From positions 65,043 through 129,042 of the forward strand of contig CAZAJQ010000002.1 in NCBI GenBank assembly GCA_964485795.1: 64,000 nt of DNA, written 5' to 3'. How positions within the stretch are numbered: the first letter of the stretch is position 1; the number at the start of each line of letters is the position of its first letter. The notes under the pieces are model-generated. The model worked only from the letters and a program-made list of their open reading frames with translations. It was not told where the DNA came from and did no database searches. This DNA is from an uncultured Gammaproteobacteria bacterium (GTDB lineage: Bacteria > Patescibacteriota > Patescibacteriia > VMEV01 > CAZAJQ01). Positions 10,240 through 20,520 of this stretch are shown here, in pieces. The translations under genes were made by a program, and so were the position numbers.

Positions 10240-10646
10240 ATCCGTAAGGTCGCTCTCGCCCGCTTAAACGCATCGTAATCTTCGATATAGTCCGATCGAT
10301 CCGGTCGGTATGTTGTGGACGAAAGCGCGACAAGGATCGCGTCAGAAGAAAAATTTTTAAAATGATGCCAGACATAGTTGCCGATCAAAATGGCTTCCGC
10401 TCCGGCGTTCAACGGGATATCCTGCAGTCCTTTGCCGGCGTCCAGCTCGGCCGTTGCGCTTCCCTGAATCAAAAAAAAGAGCTCTTGCTCTTCTCGATGG
10501 CAATGAGCCCCGGTCGGCGCTTGCGGACATACGATCCAATACACTCGCAATATCGGGAAATCAACGTATTCAGCAAGCTCCATGGGATGCAATGTGTATC
10601 GTGGCGTATCAACTCGACGTATCGGAAAAACTCGAAACGATGTCAT
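10236..10646 (-). CDS. WxcM/FdtA-like cupin, putative dTDP-4-keto-6-deoxyhexose 3,4-ketoisomerase
   Basis: 136-aa cupin with GAHCHREEQELFFLIQGSA...DGK and C-terminal ...SDYIEDYDAF, which resemble FdtA/WxcM rather than the longer RmlC. ATGA stop/start overlap with both neighbours. Confidence 0.6.
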   Translation of the reverse strand: MTSFRVFPIRRVDTPRYTLHPMELAEYVDFPILRVYWIVCPQAPTGAHCHREEQELFFLIQGSATAELDAGKGLQDIPLNAGAEAILIGNYVWHHFKNFSSDAILVALSSTTYRPDRSDYIEDYDAFKRARATLRI

Positions 10647-11704
10647 AGCGTTTGTGAAACCATCATCATGTCGCTGGAGCGTTTCAGCGATTGCTGAAAC
10701 GCATTCATTTCATGCTCCTTTTTGGTAATGATATTGTGCACCCATGCTGAATTTGACCGATACCATTCGATGGTGTCTTGCAATCCTTCAAGAAAATTTT
10801 TCGCATGGTACTTCGGCTTCCATCCGAGGCTTTCCATTTTCCGCGGATCAATCGCATACCGACGATCATGACCGGGCCGATCCGTCACATACTCGATGCT
10901 TTCTTCGGATCGTTTCATGAGAGCCAGTATCATGCGCGTCAATTCGATATTGCTTCTTTCGTTATCGGCGCCGATATTATACACTTCCCCGTCTTTTCCC
11001 TTTTCCAAAAGCATATCGAGCGCCTCGCAATGATCCTCCACATGGATCCAATCGCGGACATTTTTCCCGTCCCCGTACACCGGCACTTTTTCCCCATTGA
11101 GCAATTTGCAAACAAAAAAAGGAATGAGCTTTTCCGGAAATTGATATGGCCCGTAGTTGTTTGAACAATGCGTCACGATCACGGGTACCCGATGCGTGGC
11201 GACATACGCGCGACACATGAGATCTCCTCCGGCCTTAGCCGCAGCATATGGCATATTCGGCGCAATGGGTGAATCTTCGGTAAACGCGTCATCGCTTTCG
11301 AGGGGCAGTGAACCATACACCTCATCCGTGGAGACATTGATCATGCGCGAAATGCTCTTTTCGCGCACCAGGTCAAGAAGCATTTGCACCCCCAATGTGT
11401 TCGTCAGCACAAAATCGCGGCAACTGACATGGATGGAGCGATCCACATGCGTTTCTGCCGCAAAATTGATGATATGCGTGATGCGGTGTTTTTCCGCAAC
11501 GCTTCGCAGCAATGCGATATCCGTAATATTTCCCCGCACAAAGGTATAACGAGGATCATTTTCTACGGCTGAAAGATTTTCGAGGTTGGCCGCATACGTC
11601 AAACAATCGTAATTGACGATACGACGATCCTGATGGCGCCTCAAAGACGCGAGAATGAAATTTGAGCCTATAAAACCCGCTCCCCCGCAAACGAGAAGAT
11701 TCAT
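10643..11704 (-). CDS. rfbB: dTDP-glucose 4,6-dehydratase
   Basis: MNLLVCGGAGFIGSNF... NAD Rossmann, YxxxK; 353 aa. Confidence 0.9.
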   Translation of the reverse strand: MNLLVCGGAGFIGSNFILASLRRHQDRRIVNYDCLTYAANLENLSAVENDPRYTFVRGNITDIALLRSVAEKHRITHIINFAAETHVDRSIHVSCRDFVLTNTLGVQMLLDLVREKSISRMINVSTDEVYGSLPLESDDAFTEDSPIAPNMPYAAAKAGGDLMCRAYVATHRVPVIVTHCSNNYGPYQFPEKLIPFFVCKLLNGEKVPVYGDGKNVRDWIHVEDHCEALDMLLEKGKDGEVYNIGADNERSNIELTRMILALMKRSEESIEYVTDRPGHDRRYAIDPRKMESLGWKPKYHAKNFLEGLQDTIEWYRSNSAWVHNIITKKEHEMNAFQQSLKRSSDMMMVSQTL

Positions 11705-12111
11705 ACAAAGGCTTGCATTATTTTTGCCGCCACAGCTTCCATTTCACCTTTCGCATACTTTTTCCCCTTCCAGAGCTGATAACCGTCCGAGGCTTTTCTC
11801 GGCATAACATGAATATGCATATGAAACACGACCTGTCCGGCCGCCGAACCGTTGTTGATGCCGATATTCACTCCCTCATAGCCAAACGCCGAAAGAACCG
11901 CAGCGGCAATCCTTTGCGACTGTATCACGGTATGGGAGAGGACATCCTTGGGGGTCGAAATGAAATCAGGATAATGTGTCTTTGGCACCACCAAAGTATG
12001 ACCGATATTGACCGGAGAAATATCCAAAAAAGCCATCACGATATCGTCCTCGTACACCAAAGCTTTTGGCAATGCGCCGCTGATGATTTTACAAAAAATG
12101 CAGTCGTTCAT
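11701..12111 (-). CDS. HIT-family (histidine triad) nucleotide hydrolase
   Basis: MNDCIFCKIISGALPK... and the HMHIHVMPR histidine triad. Confidence 0.85.
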   Translation of the reverse strand: MNDCIFCKIISGALPKALVYEDDIVMAFLDISPVNIGHTLVVPKTHYPDFISTPKDVLSHTVIQSQRIAAAVLSAFGYEGVNIGINNGSAAGQVVFHMHIHVMPRKASDGYQLWKGKKYAKGEMEAVAAKIMQAFV

Positions 12112-13382
12112 AATTTCAATTCCTCTTCGATGGCCATAAGGCGATTGTACTTTTCCACGCGTTCGGATCTCGAAAGCGATCCTGTCTTGATATAGTCGGC
12201 ATTGACCGCGCAGGCGAGATCAGCAATGAAGTCATCTCCGGTCTCACCCGAACGATGCGAAACAATCACCTGGTAATGATGTTTTTTGGCCAGCATGATG
12301 GCATCGATGGTTTGGGACAAACTTCCAATCTGATTGACCTTTATGAGAATAGCATTCGCCACTTTCATGTCAATCCCGGTTTGCAGGCGCTTGACATTGG
12401 TAACAAAAAGATCGTCTCCCACGAGCGCCGCACGATCGTGGACGACCTTGGTCAATGCTTGCCATGAATCCCAATCGTCCTCGGCCAGCGGATCTTCCAA
12501 AACTTCAAACGGATATTTGGAAAGCCAACGTTCTATGGTATCCATAAGTTTGTCGGCTTCCCACCATATGCCCTTTTTGGCGAATTCGTACTTATTTTTA
12601 TTGTAAAATTCCGACGCAGCAAAATCGCATCCCAAAAAAACATCATGACCGGCCTGATACCCCGATTTCGCTATAGCATCCAGCAGAAGCTTCACCACCG
12701 CTTCATTGTCTTTGGGCCCGTCCGCAAAACCTCCTTCATCGCCGACAAGCGTCAAAAAACCTTTTTTTGCAAGCAGACTTTTGAGGGTATGAAAAATTTC
12801 CGCACCCATGCGAACGCGATCACGGAAACGCTTTGCATGGGGAATAATCATAAATTCCTGAATAGACAACCCGTTATTCGCGTGTTTGCCGCCGTTGAAA
12901 ATATTCATGGTTGCCAGCGGCATGACAAATTTTTTTTCCGAAATGCCATACACCTCTCGCATCCAGCGATACAAGGGCTTTTTTTGAGCGAGCGCTGCGG
13001 CTCGCACGCATGCCATCGACACCGCCAAAATCGCATTGGCACCCAGCGATGATTTATTTTCGGTCCCGTCCAAATCGATCATGGCTTGGTCGATGTCGCG
13101 CTGCTTTCGGCTGTCCATTCCGATCAACTTTCTCAAAATGCGCGTTTCTATGTGTTTGCAGGCTTTTTGAACGCCTTTCCCATGGTATCGCTCGGGATCA
13201 CCATCGCGCAGCTCAAGAGCCTCGTGTATACCGGTGGAAGCTCCTGAAGGAACGGAAGCGTCCGCAGAAACTCCGCTTGAGAGCGTGACGCTGCATAAAA
13301 CCGTCGGATTGCCGCGAGAATCCAATATCTCACGAGCTTGAAAATTTTTTATTTTCATAGGTTCCCGGATAAAGTGTTTCAA
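12108..13382 (-). CDS. eno: Enolase (phosphopyruvate hydratase)
   Basis: ...KIKNFQAREILDSRGNPTV... and full-length enolase motifs. The true start may be the internal Met at about 13358 (MKIKNF...). Confidence 0.95.
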   Translation of the reverse strand: MKHFIREPMKIKNFQAREILDSRGNPTVLCSVTLSSGVSADASVPSGASTGIHEALELRDGDPERYHGKGVQKACKHIETRILRKLIGMDSRKQRDIDQAMIDLDGTENKSSLGANAILAVSMACVRAAALAQKKPLYRWMREVYGISEKKFVMPLATMNIFNGGKHANNGLSIQEFMIIPHAKRFRDRVRMGAEIFHTLKSLLAKKGFLTLVGDEGGFADGPKDNEAVVKLLLDAIAKSGYQAGHDVFLGCDFAASEFYNKNKYEFAKKGIWWEADKLMDTIERWLSKYPFEVLEDPLAEDDWDSWQALTKVVHDRAALVGDDLFVTNVKRLQTGIDMKVANAILIKVNQIGSLSQTIDAIMLAKKHHYQVIVSHRSGETGDDFIADLACAVNADYIKTGSLSRSERVEKYNRLMAIEEELKL

Positions 13383-14316
13383 TGATTTTTTTCAAAACAT
13401 TAGCCGATGAGCGAAAGGCTTTTTTTTCACCCGCGTTCATGGGTACCAAAAGCTTACTTTTGATCCCTGCGCGATTCACGATACAGGGAACGCTCACGCA
13501 AACGCCGGATACGCCGGCATAGTCGGAAACATAGGCTGAAAGGGGGAGAATGTCGTTTTTGTCCTGCATCACGGCCTGCGCGATACGCTTCACCGCCGAA
13601 CCGATGCCGTACATGGACGGCACTCCGGATCTGATGATATCATACGCGGCGTTTCTGGCATTCATGAATGCGGCATCCGTCGCTTGCTTGGTATATGATT
13701 TCATTTTTTGCAAAGGAATTCCTCCCGCCTGCGCCGAACTCCACACCGGAAATTCCGAATCTCCATGCTCACCGAGGATATACGCGGAAATATCATGAAG
13801 GTTGACGTCAAGTCGCTTGCCAAGCTCAAAACGCAAACGCGCCGAATCAAGCACGGTTCCGCTCCCAAAAATCCGATGCGCGGGATACCCCGATTCGCGT
13901 AAAGCAATATAGGTAAGCACGTCCACGGGATTGGAAACCATGACAATGATCGCCTCGGTGGTATGGCGGCAAATTTCATGCATGATGGAAGCGACGATCG
14001 TCGCATTCGTTTTTATCAAATCAAGTCGACTTTGACCGGGATGCTGCTGCGGCATGCCGGCGGTAATGATGATCATGTCCGCGTCTTCGCATGCGGAATA
14101 ATCATGAGCCGCTTTCAAGTCAATGGCTCGCGTGAACATCATGCCACCCGCAAGATCCAAGGCAAGGCCTTTCGCTTTTTTGAAACTTTTGTCCATGAGA
14201 ACCATTTCGTGCATGAGCTCGTCGTGCATCAGCGCATAGGCGCATGCCGAACCGACATTTCCGCAACCGATGATAACCGCTTTGAGATGATCTTTGTTTT
14301 TTCTTTTTTGAGACAT
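13330..14316 (-). CDS. ldh: L-lactate/malate dehydrogenase
   Basis: KAVIIGCGNVGSACAYAL... NAD-binding N-terminus and the LDH/MDH fold. Start reassigned to the internal Met (MSQKRKNKDHLKAVIIG) at 14316. The ORF-track start at 14388 would overlap gap. Confidence 0.85.
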   Translation of the reverse strand: MSQKRKNKDHLKAVIIGCGNVGSACAYALMHDELMHEMVLMDKSFKKAKGLALDLAGGMMFTRAIDLKAAHDYSACEDADMIIITAGMPQQHPGQSRLDLIKTNATIVASIMHEICRHTTEAIIVMVSNPVDVLTYIALRESGYPAHRIFGSGTVLDSARLRFELGKRLDVNLHDISAYILGEHGDSEFPVWSSAQAGGIPLQKMKSYTKQATDAAFMNARNAAYDIIRSGVPSMYGIGSAVKRIAQAVMQDKNDILPLSAYVSDYAGVSGVCVSVPCIVNRAGIKSKLLVPMNAGEKKAFRSSANVLKKIIETLYPGTYENKKFSSS

Positions 14317-14320
14317 ACAT

Positions 14321-15319
14321 TTACAGAGATTTTGCGACAATCTGCGCCATTTCCACCAATCGATGGGAATATCCCCATTCATTGTCATACCACGAGAGAA
14401 TCTTCACAAAGTCGCCGTCAATCACACGCGTCAAACTCAAATCGACGATGGCGGAATATTCGGATCCGATGATGTCGGAAGACACGATCGGATCATTCGT
14501 TACGCTGAGTATGCCGCTATAACGTCGGTTTTCAGAAGCCTCGATAAACGCGCGATTCACTTCGTCTTCCGTGGTTTTGTGCGCAAGCAGGAGCGTAAAA
14601 TCCGACAGAGAACCCGTCATGATCGGCACTCGGAGGGCAAGACCGTCGAATTTGTTTTCCAGCTCGGGAATGATGCGCGTGGTGGACACGGCCGAGCCGG
14701 TGGACGTGGGGATGATATTGCCGGCCGCCGCTCGAGCGCGACGCAAATCCTCATGCGCATTATCATGGAGCCGCTGATCGCTCGTATAGGCATGCACCGT
14801 GGTCATAAACGATTTCAAAACCCCGAATCGACTGTGCAGCACTTCAATCACCGGCGCAATGCAATTCGTGGTGCAGGACGCATTGTCGATGATATCATCA
14901 CCTTTATAATGATCGGAATTCACGCCGAGAATATAGGGCAGCACATCATCTCCCTTGGCGGGAGCGGATATGATCACGCGTTTGGCCCCCGCCGTGAGGT
15001 GCATGGACGCCTGCTCTCGCGAACGAAATACACCCGTGCATTCAAGCACGATATCAATGCCGAGTTTTTTCCATGGCAGCTGCAATGGATCCTTCACATT
15101 GAATACAGGGATCTTTTTCCCGTCGATGATGAGGTTGCTTTCGTCGTGCTCCACCTTGCGGTCATATCTTCCGTATACCGTATCGTATTTCAAAAGATGC
15201 GCGATCGTGGCCGTATCGCTCATATCGTTGATGGCCGCGATGCGCACCTTTTTTTTCACGGCCGCTTTAAAGGTATTACGCCCGATGCGACCAAAACCAT
15301 TGATAGCTATTTTTGCCAT
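14321..15319 (-). CDS. gap: Glyceraldehyde-3-phosphate dehydrogenase
   Basis: MAKIAINGFGRIGRNTFKAA... and the ...ASCTTNCIAP catalytic Cys motif. Confidence 0.95.
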   Translation of the reverse strand: MAKIAINGFGRIGRNTFKAAVKKKVRIAAINDMSDTATIAHLLKYDTVYGRYDRKVEHDESNLIIDGKKIPVFNVKDPLQLPWKKLGIDIVLECTGVFRSREQASMHLTAGAKRVIISAPAKGDDVLPYILGVNSDHYKGDDIIDNASCTTNCIAPVIEVLHSRFGVLKSFMTTVHAYTSDQRLHDNAHEDLRRARAAAGNIIPTSTGSAVSTTRIIPELENKFDGLALRVPIMTGSLSDFTLLLAHKTTEDEVNRAFIEASENRRYSGILSVTNDPIVSSDIIGSEYSAIVDLSLTRVIDGDFVKILSWYDNEWGYSHRLVEMAQIVAKSL

Positions 15320-15384
15320 ACTATGAGTTAATAATGACTTTTATCATACCATGCGCGCTTGCAAAAATTCCAGTCATGAGGAAT

Positions 15385-15412
15385 GAAAAAACCCGCCTTT
15401 GCGGCGGGTTGC
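15385..15412 (-). terminator. Rho-independent terminator downstream of tsf
   Basis: Minus strand reads ACCCGCCgcaaaGGCGGGTtttttc: GC stem, 5-nt loop, then a T-run. Confidence 0.55.
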
Positions 15413-15452
15413 TGCGAAGCAATCACTTGGATAACCTTCACGGCGATCGATC

Positions 15453-15476
15453 GCGTTTTCAGATCTGAAAACGCGT
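15453..15476. repeat. 24-bp perfect palindrome cgcgttttcagatctgaaaacgcg spanning the tsf stop codon
   Basis: Exact inverted repeat read directly from the sequence. The stop codon (15459-15461) sits inside it. Confidence 0.6.
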
Positions 15477-16043
15477 GAATTTGCCGATATCGATTTTTTC
15501 TCCGAGTATGGAAATTTTTTCGGCCATAAGCTCTTCAACGGTCTTGGCCTCGTCTTTGAAAAAAGTTTGCTTGAGAAGACATACCTCTTCATAATATTTT
15601 TGCATTTTGCCTTCGACGATTTTCGCAAGAATCTCCTGAGACTTGGCGCTTGCGCTGCTTTGTTCGGCGATAATTTGCTTTTCTTTTTCGAGAATATCGG
15701 CTGGAATGTCTTCCGGGCGAACATAAAGCGGAAACGTCGCGACGATCTGCATGGCGATATCATGCGCAAGAGACAAAAACACTTCATTTCGCGCCACAAA
15801 ATCCGTCTCGCATAAAAGCTCAACCATTGCCGCGATTTTCTTGTTGGCATGCACATACTGCCCTATCACTCCCTCTTTGGTGATATGATCGTTGCGTTTG
15901 GAAGCTTTTGCCACTCCATGTTTTCTCAGAATTTCCTCGGCTTTTTCCATCGAATCGCCCGACTCTTTCAAAGCTTTCACGATATCTCCTATGCTCGCTC
16001 CGGTCTTTTTCCGAAGCGCGAGAAGCAATTCTTTTTGACTCAT
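15459..16043 (-). CDS. tsf: Elongation factor Ts (short form)
   Basis: MSQKELLLALRKKTGASIGDIVKALKESGDSMEKAEEILRKHG... UBA-like N-terminus plus an EF-Ts core. Located immediately downstream of rpsB. Confidence 0.9.
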   Translation of the reverse strand: MSQKELLLALRKKTGASIGDIVKALKESGDSMEKAEEILRKHGVAKASKRNDHITKEGVIGQYVHANKKIAAMVELLCETDFVARNEVFLSLAHDIAMQIVATFPLYVRPEDIPADILEKEKQIIAEQSSASAKSQEILAKIVEGKMQKYYEEVCLLKQTFFKDEAKTVEELMAEKISILGEKIDIGKFTRFQI

Positions 16044-16137
16044 AGGTATCTTTCTTTAAAATTTTTAAATCTTATTTGATTTTTTTTTGCGAACTGCGAA
16101 ACGGTCGCTTAACGCGATTTAACTTCAAAAAAAAATG

Positions 16138-16875
16138 TTATGCTTGGGGTTCGGGCATGATTTTTTTGTCATTCCCCGCCACCTTCATCATGTCGGCTTT
16201 GGCTTCAAGAATCGTTTTCGCAATGAATGCGGTAATAAGATCGATGGACTTGATCGCATCGTCATTGGCGGGAATCGGATAATCGACGAGCTCGGGATTG
16301 GCATTGGTATCCACCATCGCAATGATGGGAATCCCCTTTTTTCTGCATTCATCAACGGCGGTCTTTTCGCGCCCAATATCGACAACATAGATCGCACTCG
16401 GAAGCTTATCAAGCATTTCTATGCCACCGATGAAATTATCAAGCCGCCCTATTTCTTTTTCAAATTGCAATTGTTCTTTTTTCGTGTACTTTTTCAATTG
16501 GCCGGATTCTCTTCGCTGCTTGAGATTGCGAAATTTATTTATCAATCGATGGATTTCCGCAAAATTGGTGATCAATCCTCCCAACCAACGATTCGTCACC
16601 GACGGCATTCCGCATTCCTTCGAATACTTTTTGATAATCTCGACGGCCTGCTTCTTCGTGCCCACAAAGAGGATGTTTCCTCCCTCTTTCATCGTATCGC
16701 TCACAAATCGAGAGGCCTTTTCCAAGGCTTTTTGAGTGGATTCGAGATGAATGAGGTGTACCCCGCTTTTGAGCATGAAAATATGGGGTATCATCTTTGG
16801 ATTGCGCTTGGACTTGCGATGTCCGAAATGCACGCCGCTTTTGAGCATGTCTTCCATGCTGGGTATCTGAACCAT
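16138..16875 (-). CDS. rpsB: 30S ribosomal protein S2
   Basis: MVQIPSMEDMLKSGVHFGHRKSKRNPKM... is the canonical S2 sequence. Confidence 0.95.
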   Translation of the reverse strand: MVQIPSMEDMLKSGVHFGHRKSKRNPKMIPHIFMLKSGVHLIHLESTQKALEKASRFVSDTMKEGGNILFVGTKKQAVEIIKKYSKECGMPSVTNRWLGGLITNFAEIHRLINKFRNLKQRRESGQLKKYTKKEQLQFEKEIGRLDNFIGGIEMLDKLPSAIYVVDIGREKTAVDECRKKGIPIIAMVDTNANPELVDYPIPANDDAIKSIDLITAFIAKTILEAKADMMKVAGNDKKIMPEPQA

Positions 16876-17095
16876 ATCCTTAATATCCTTTTTCCCTTGT
16901 GTGCAATGACCTCATATGAGGCAGGATAGGCTACCAAGGGAGGGGGGAAAACCCCATGAAAAAGGATAGAATTTAATAATAAATGTATCAAAGATACGTC
17001 AATGTAACATTTTCATCGTCAAAACGCAAGTCAACGGCAAAAATTCCAAGCGCCAGAGCAACCGCTAGAAAAAAACTTTTTTTCATACCTTTTTT

Positions 17096-17524
17096 TCACT
17101 TTGACGAATGATCAAAATAGGTTTTTCCAGTTTTATAGGCATCCACAGCCATTGCGCAAAACTCAAACATCGGCTTCGGAAGAGCGTCGAGATCGTACCA
17201 ATTCCATGACTCACACTTCTCTGATTCCAAAACGCTTGGGATGCCGTTTTTCCAGTCAGCCATCAAGCCGATATGAACATAATGCTTCGGGGCATACGAG
17301 ACAACGTTCGCCACAAATTGAAACCTCACATTTTGAATCTCAATGCCGCATTCCTCCATGGTTTCGCGTCGGCCACAATGTTCAAATGTCTCGAGATAAT
17401 CAAGATGTCCGCCTGGAAACGAATATTCCCCGGATCCATGCGATCCTTTTCTTTTGCCAAGAAGAATTTTCACATCTTTGAAAATCATCACTCCCACGCC
17501 AACCTTAGGTTTTTGTTCTTCCAT
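17096..17524 (-). CDS. NUDIX hydrolase
   Basis: NUDIX box GGHLDYLETFEHCGRRETMEECGI. Start set at the internal Met (MEEQKPK) so the gene does not overlap the 3' end of secA. Confidence 0.8.
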   Translation of the reverse strand: MEEQKPKVGVGVMIFKDVKILLGKRKGSHGSGEYSFPGGHLDYLETFEHCGRRETMEECGIEIQNVRFQFVANVVSYAPKHYVHIGLMADWKNGIPSVLESEKCESWNWYDLDALPKPMFEFCAMAVDAYKTGKTYFDHSSK

Positions 17525-17549
17525 ATGAATGTTTCTTTTTAAAAAAAAC

Positions 17550-20294
17550 CTACCTCCCATGACACTTTTTGTATTTCTTTCCGGAACCGCAAGGACACAG
17601 GTCATTTCTTCCGACTTTTGGTACCGATGAAGACGGGGTGGTATCCTGCTGATTCATTTCATCGCTTGATGGAGAAAGATTTTCAGAGGACGATGGAGAG
17701 CGACTCTTGGAATTTGTCTCAATCGATCCCCTTCCCGTTTGCATCGCCTCTTGCGAAAAGACGGCCGGAAGCATATCCAGTCCGACGGCGGTTTTGAAAA
17801 ATCCGTAGGCAATCTGCTTTTGAATGCTTTTTTGGAGAATATGAAACAAACGAAACGACTCTTTCTTGTATTCTATCAATGGATCTCGCTGTCCGTACCC
17901 TCGAAGTCCGATACCCGCACGCAGATGGTCGATGGATTCGAGATGCTCGATCCAAAGCGCATCGATGCTGCGAAGAATGATTTGCCGCAAAATATCAGCT
18001 ATCATGTCCTCCGAAAATCGCAAATCTTCTCTCATGCGCTTCAATAACTCATCGTATGCGTGATCCGAACTTTGCAAAAAAAACTCCAAAATCTCTTTTT
18101 TCGTGTTTTCGACACTCTCTCCATCCATGGCCCTTCGATGAAGGGCTTGCAAACTCTTCCACGCCTCCTCCGGTAAACCATACATGCTTTTTGCGGTTTC
18201 AAAAATTTCCCTGATATTCCAATCATCCGGCCGTTCATCCGAAGTATGAAATGAAACAAAATCCTCGATTTCCTTGTCGATGTTTTCCGATACCATGTCA
18301 AAAAGTAATTCGGGATTTGCAAATGAAAAGAGTAAAATCGTGCGCCTTTTTTTGTAAATGGATTCGCGCTGCTTATTCATGACATTGTCGTATTCCACAA
18401 CATGCTTTCGGATATCAAAGTTGTGAGTTTCAACTTTTTTTTGCGCGGTTTCGATGGATTTTGAAATCAGTTTGTTTTCGATGGGCATATCTTCGGGCAT
18501 ACCGAGACGCTCCATGATGCCCGCGATGCGATCGGATCCGAAAATGCGCATGAGATCATCCTCCATGGAAACATAAAATTGCGAATGACCGGGATCTCCT
18601 TGTCTTCCGGATCTGCCGCGAAGCTGGTTGTCGATACGCCGAGACTCGTGTCTTTGGGTGCCGATGATGCAGAGTCCGCCAAGCCCGCGCACTTCATCGG
18701 CGACGCTTCTGTCATACGGGTGACCGCCGAGGATGATATCCACGCCTCGACCGGCCATATTGGTGGCGATTGTCACGGCTCCTTTTTTTCCCGCTTGGCT
18801 GATGACTTGGGCTTCCCTTTCATGCTGCTTGGCGTTCAAAACATGGTGTTCGATGCCCTGCTCTGAAAAAAGTTTGCTGAGAATTTCGTTTTTTTCGATC
18901 GAAATCGTTCCCACGAGGACGGGCTGGCCTCTTTTTTGCAATTCTTTCACTTCTTCTGCCACGGCTCGAAATTTCCCCATTTCCGTTTTGTAAATACGGT
19001 CGGAGAGGTCCTTGCGTATCATGGGCTGATGCGTCGGAATCACGCGCACTTCCAACCCGTAAATTTTATAAAACTCTTCTTCTTCGGTGATGGCCGTACC
19101 CGTCATCCCCGAAAGCTTCCGGTATTGTTTGAAATAATTCTGAAACGTGATCGTCGCAAGCGTAATGCTCTCCTGCTGTATTTTGACGTTTTCTTTTGCC
19201 TCCAAAGCCTGATGAAGACCTTCCGAATATCGTCTTCCGGGCATCAAACGACCGGTGAATTCATCCACGATCACGACTTCACCGTCTTTGACGATATAAT
19301 CCACGTCATTTTTGAAAACGTACTCGGCTTTGAGCGCCTGTTCGAGATGATGCACGGCCGATATGCCGCTTTCGACGTAAATATTTTCCACGCCGAGCAT
19401 ATTCTCCACCTTGCGGATGCCGTCGTCGGTCAGCGTGGCGGTACGGCGTTTTTCGTCGACGTTGAAATCTCTGTCAATCGAAAGTTTTCGAACCATGTCG
19501 GCAAACTGATGATACTTTTCCGTGGCGTCTTTTGCGGGAGCGGAAATGATCAGCGGCGTGCGCGCTTCGTCGATCAAAATGCTATCCACCTCGTCAACGA
19601 TCGCATAATGAAGCTCTCGCTGCACGATGCGCTCCTTGGAATCGGCCATATTGTCTCGCAAATAATCAAAGCCGAATTCATTGTTCGTCCCGTAGGTGAT
19701 ATCGCATGCATAGGCTTCGCGCCGAGTGCAGGGAACAAGAAAATTCATATCGATTTTTATTCCCTGATCGCGCACCTTATCGGCGGCAGGATCCGTGTTT
19801 TCCTGATATCGAAACGCAGTCGCATGAACGATGCACCCAACGCTCAAACCCAAATATGAAAAAATCTGTCCCATCCACTCGGCGTCGCGTTTTGAGAGGT
19901 AATCATTCACCGTGACGATATGCACCCCTCGTCCGGTCAAGGCGTTCAGATACGCGGAAAGCGTGGCCGCCAGAGTCTTTCCCTCGCCGGTTTTCATCTC
20001 GGCGATATGTCCGCGATGCAAAGCGATGCTGGCCAGCAGCTGCACGTCATAATGACGCTGCGAGAGCGTCCGCTTTGCAGCTTCTCGAACACTTGCAAAC
20101 GCTTCGGGCAATATATCGTCAAGAGCGACGCCATTCGCAATTTTGCGTTTAAAATCCTGCGTTTTCTCACGAAGCTGTTCCCGAGTTAGAGCGGACATCT
20201 CGTTTTCAAACGCATTCATGCGCTCGATAATAGGCTGCCATTTGCGAGCAAATTTCTCGTGCGGATCGCCAAATATTTTCGTATAAAGTGACAT
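17550..20294 (-). CDS. secA: Preprotein translocase ATPase SecA
   Basis: 914 aa. DEAD-like motor motifs and the C-terminal zinc-binding tail [14 protein letters not shown]. Confidence 0.95.
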   Translation of the reverse strand: MSLYTKIFGDPHEKFARKWQPIIERMNAFENEMSALTREQLREKTQDFKRKIANGVALDDILPEAFASVREAAKRTLSQRHYDVQLLASIALHRGHIAEMKTGEGKTLAATLSAYLNALTGRGVHIVTVNDYLSKRDAEWMGQIFSYLGLSVGCIVHATAFRYQENTDPAADKVRDQGIKIDMNFLVPCTRREAYACDITYGTNNEFGFDYLRDNMADSKERIVQRELHYAIVDEVDSILIDEARTPLIISAPAKDATEKYHQFADMVRKLSIDRDFNVDEKRRTATLTDDGIRKVENMLGVENIYVESGISAVHHLEQALKAEYVFKNDVDYIVKDGEVVIVDEFTGRLMPGRRYSEGLHQALEAKENVKIQQESITLATITFQNYFKQYRKLSGMTGTAITEEEEFYKIYGLEVRVIPTHQPMIRKDLSDRIYKTEMGKFRAVAEEVKELQKRGQPVLVGTISIEKNEILSKLFSEQGIEHHVLNAKQHEREAQVISQAGKKGAVTIATNMAGRGVDIILGGHPYDRSVADEVRGLGGLCIIGTQRHESRRIDNQLRGRSGRQGDPGHSQFYVSMEDDLMRIFGSDRIAGIMERLGMPEDMPIENKLISKSIETAQKKVETHNFDIRKHVVEYDNVMNKQRESIYKKRRTILLFSFANPELLFDMVSENIDKEIEDFVSFHTSDERPDDWNIREIFETAKSMYGLPEEAWKSLQALHRRAMDGESVENTKKEILEFFLQSSDHAYDELLKRMREDLRFSEDMIADILRQIILRSIDALWIEHLESIDHLRAGIGLRGYGQRDPLIEYKKESFRLFHILQKSIQKQIAYGFFKTAVGLDMLPAVFSQEAMQTGRGSIETNSKSRSPSSSENLSPSSDEMNQQDTTPSSSVPKVGRNDLCPCGSGKKYKKCHGR

Positions 20295-20520
20295 GGAGAT
20301 GAGGTTAAAAAATTGATGAAACGCAAGCGTCTCCCAAGCAATATCCCTTCAGATCCGCCATTTCCAGAATCCAAGATGCGGGAATTGTACCCTTGTCGCG
20401 AAAATCGGGCAAGAGTTTTTCGCGAATGCTTTCACTCCACTGACCCAAGGCGGGATTTTCAAGCTCCAATGTCCCAATTTTTTAGAAAAATATCTTCGAA
20501 AAGAGGGATATCCGATAATC

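Noticed and set aside
14363-15331. 322-aa plus-strand ORF
   Set aside because: Antisense to gap (GAPDH), which has an unambiguous product. Arg/Gly-rich translation typical of the antisense of GC-rich coding DNA.
18936-19859. 307-aa plus-strand ORF
   Set aside because: Antisense to secA. No recognisable domain.
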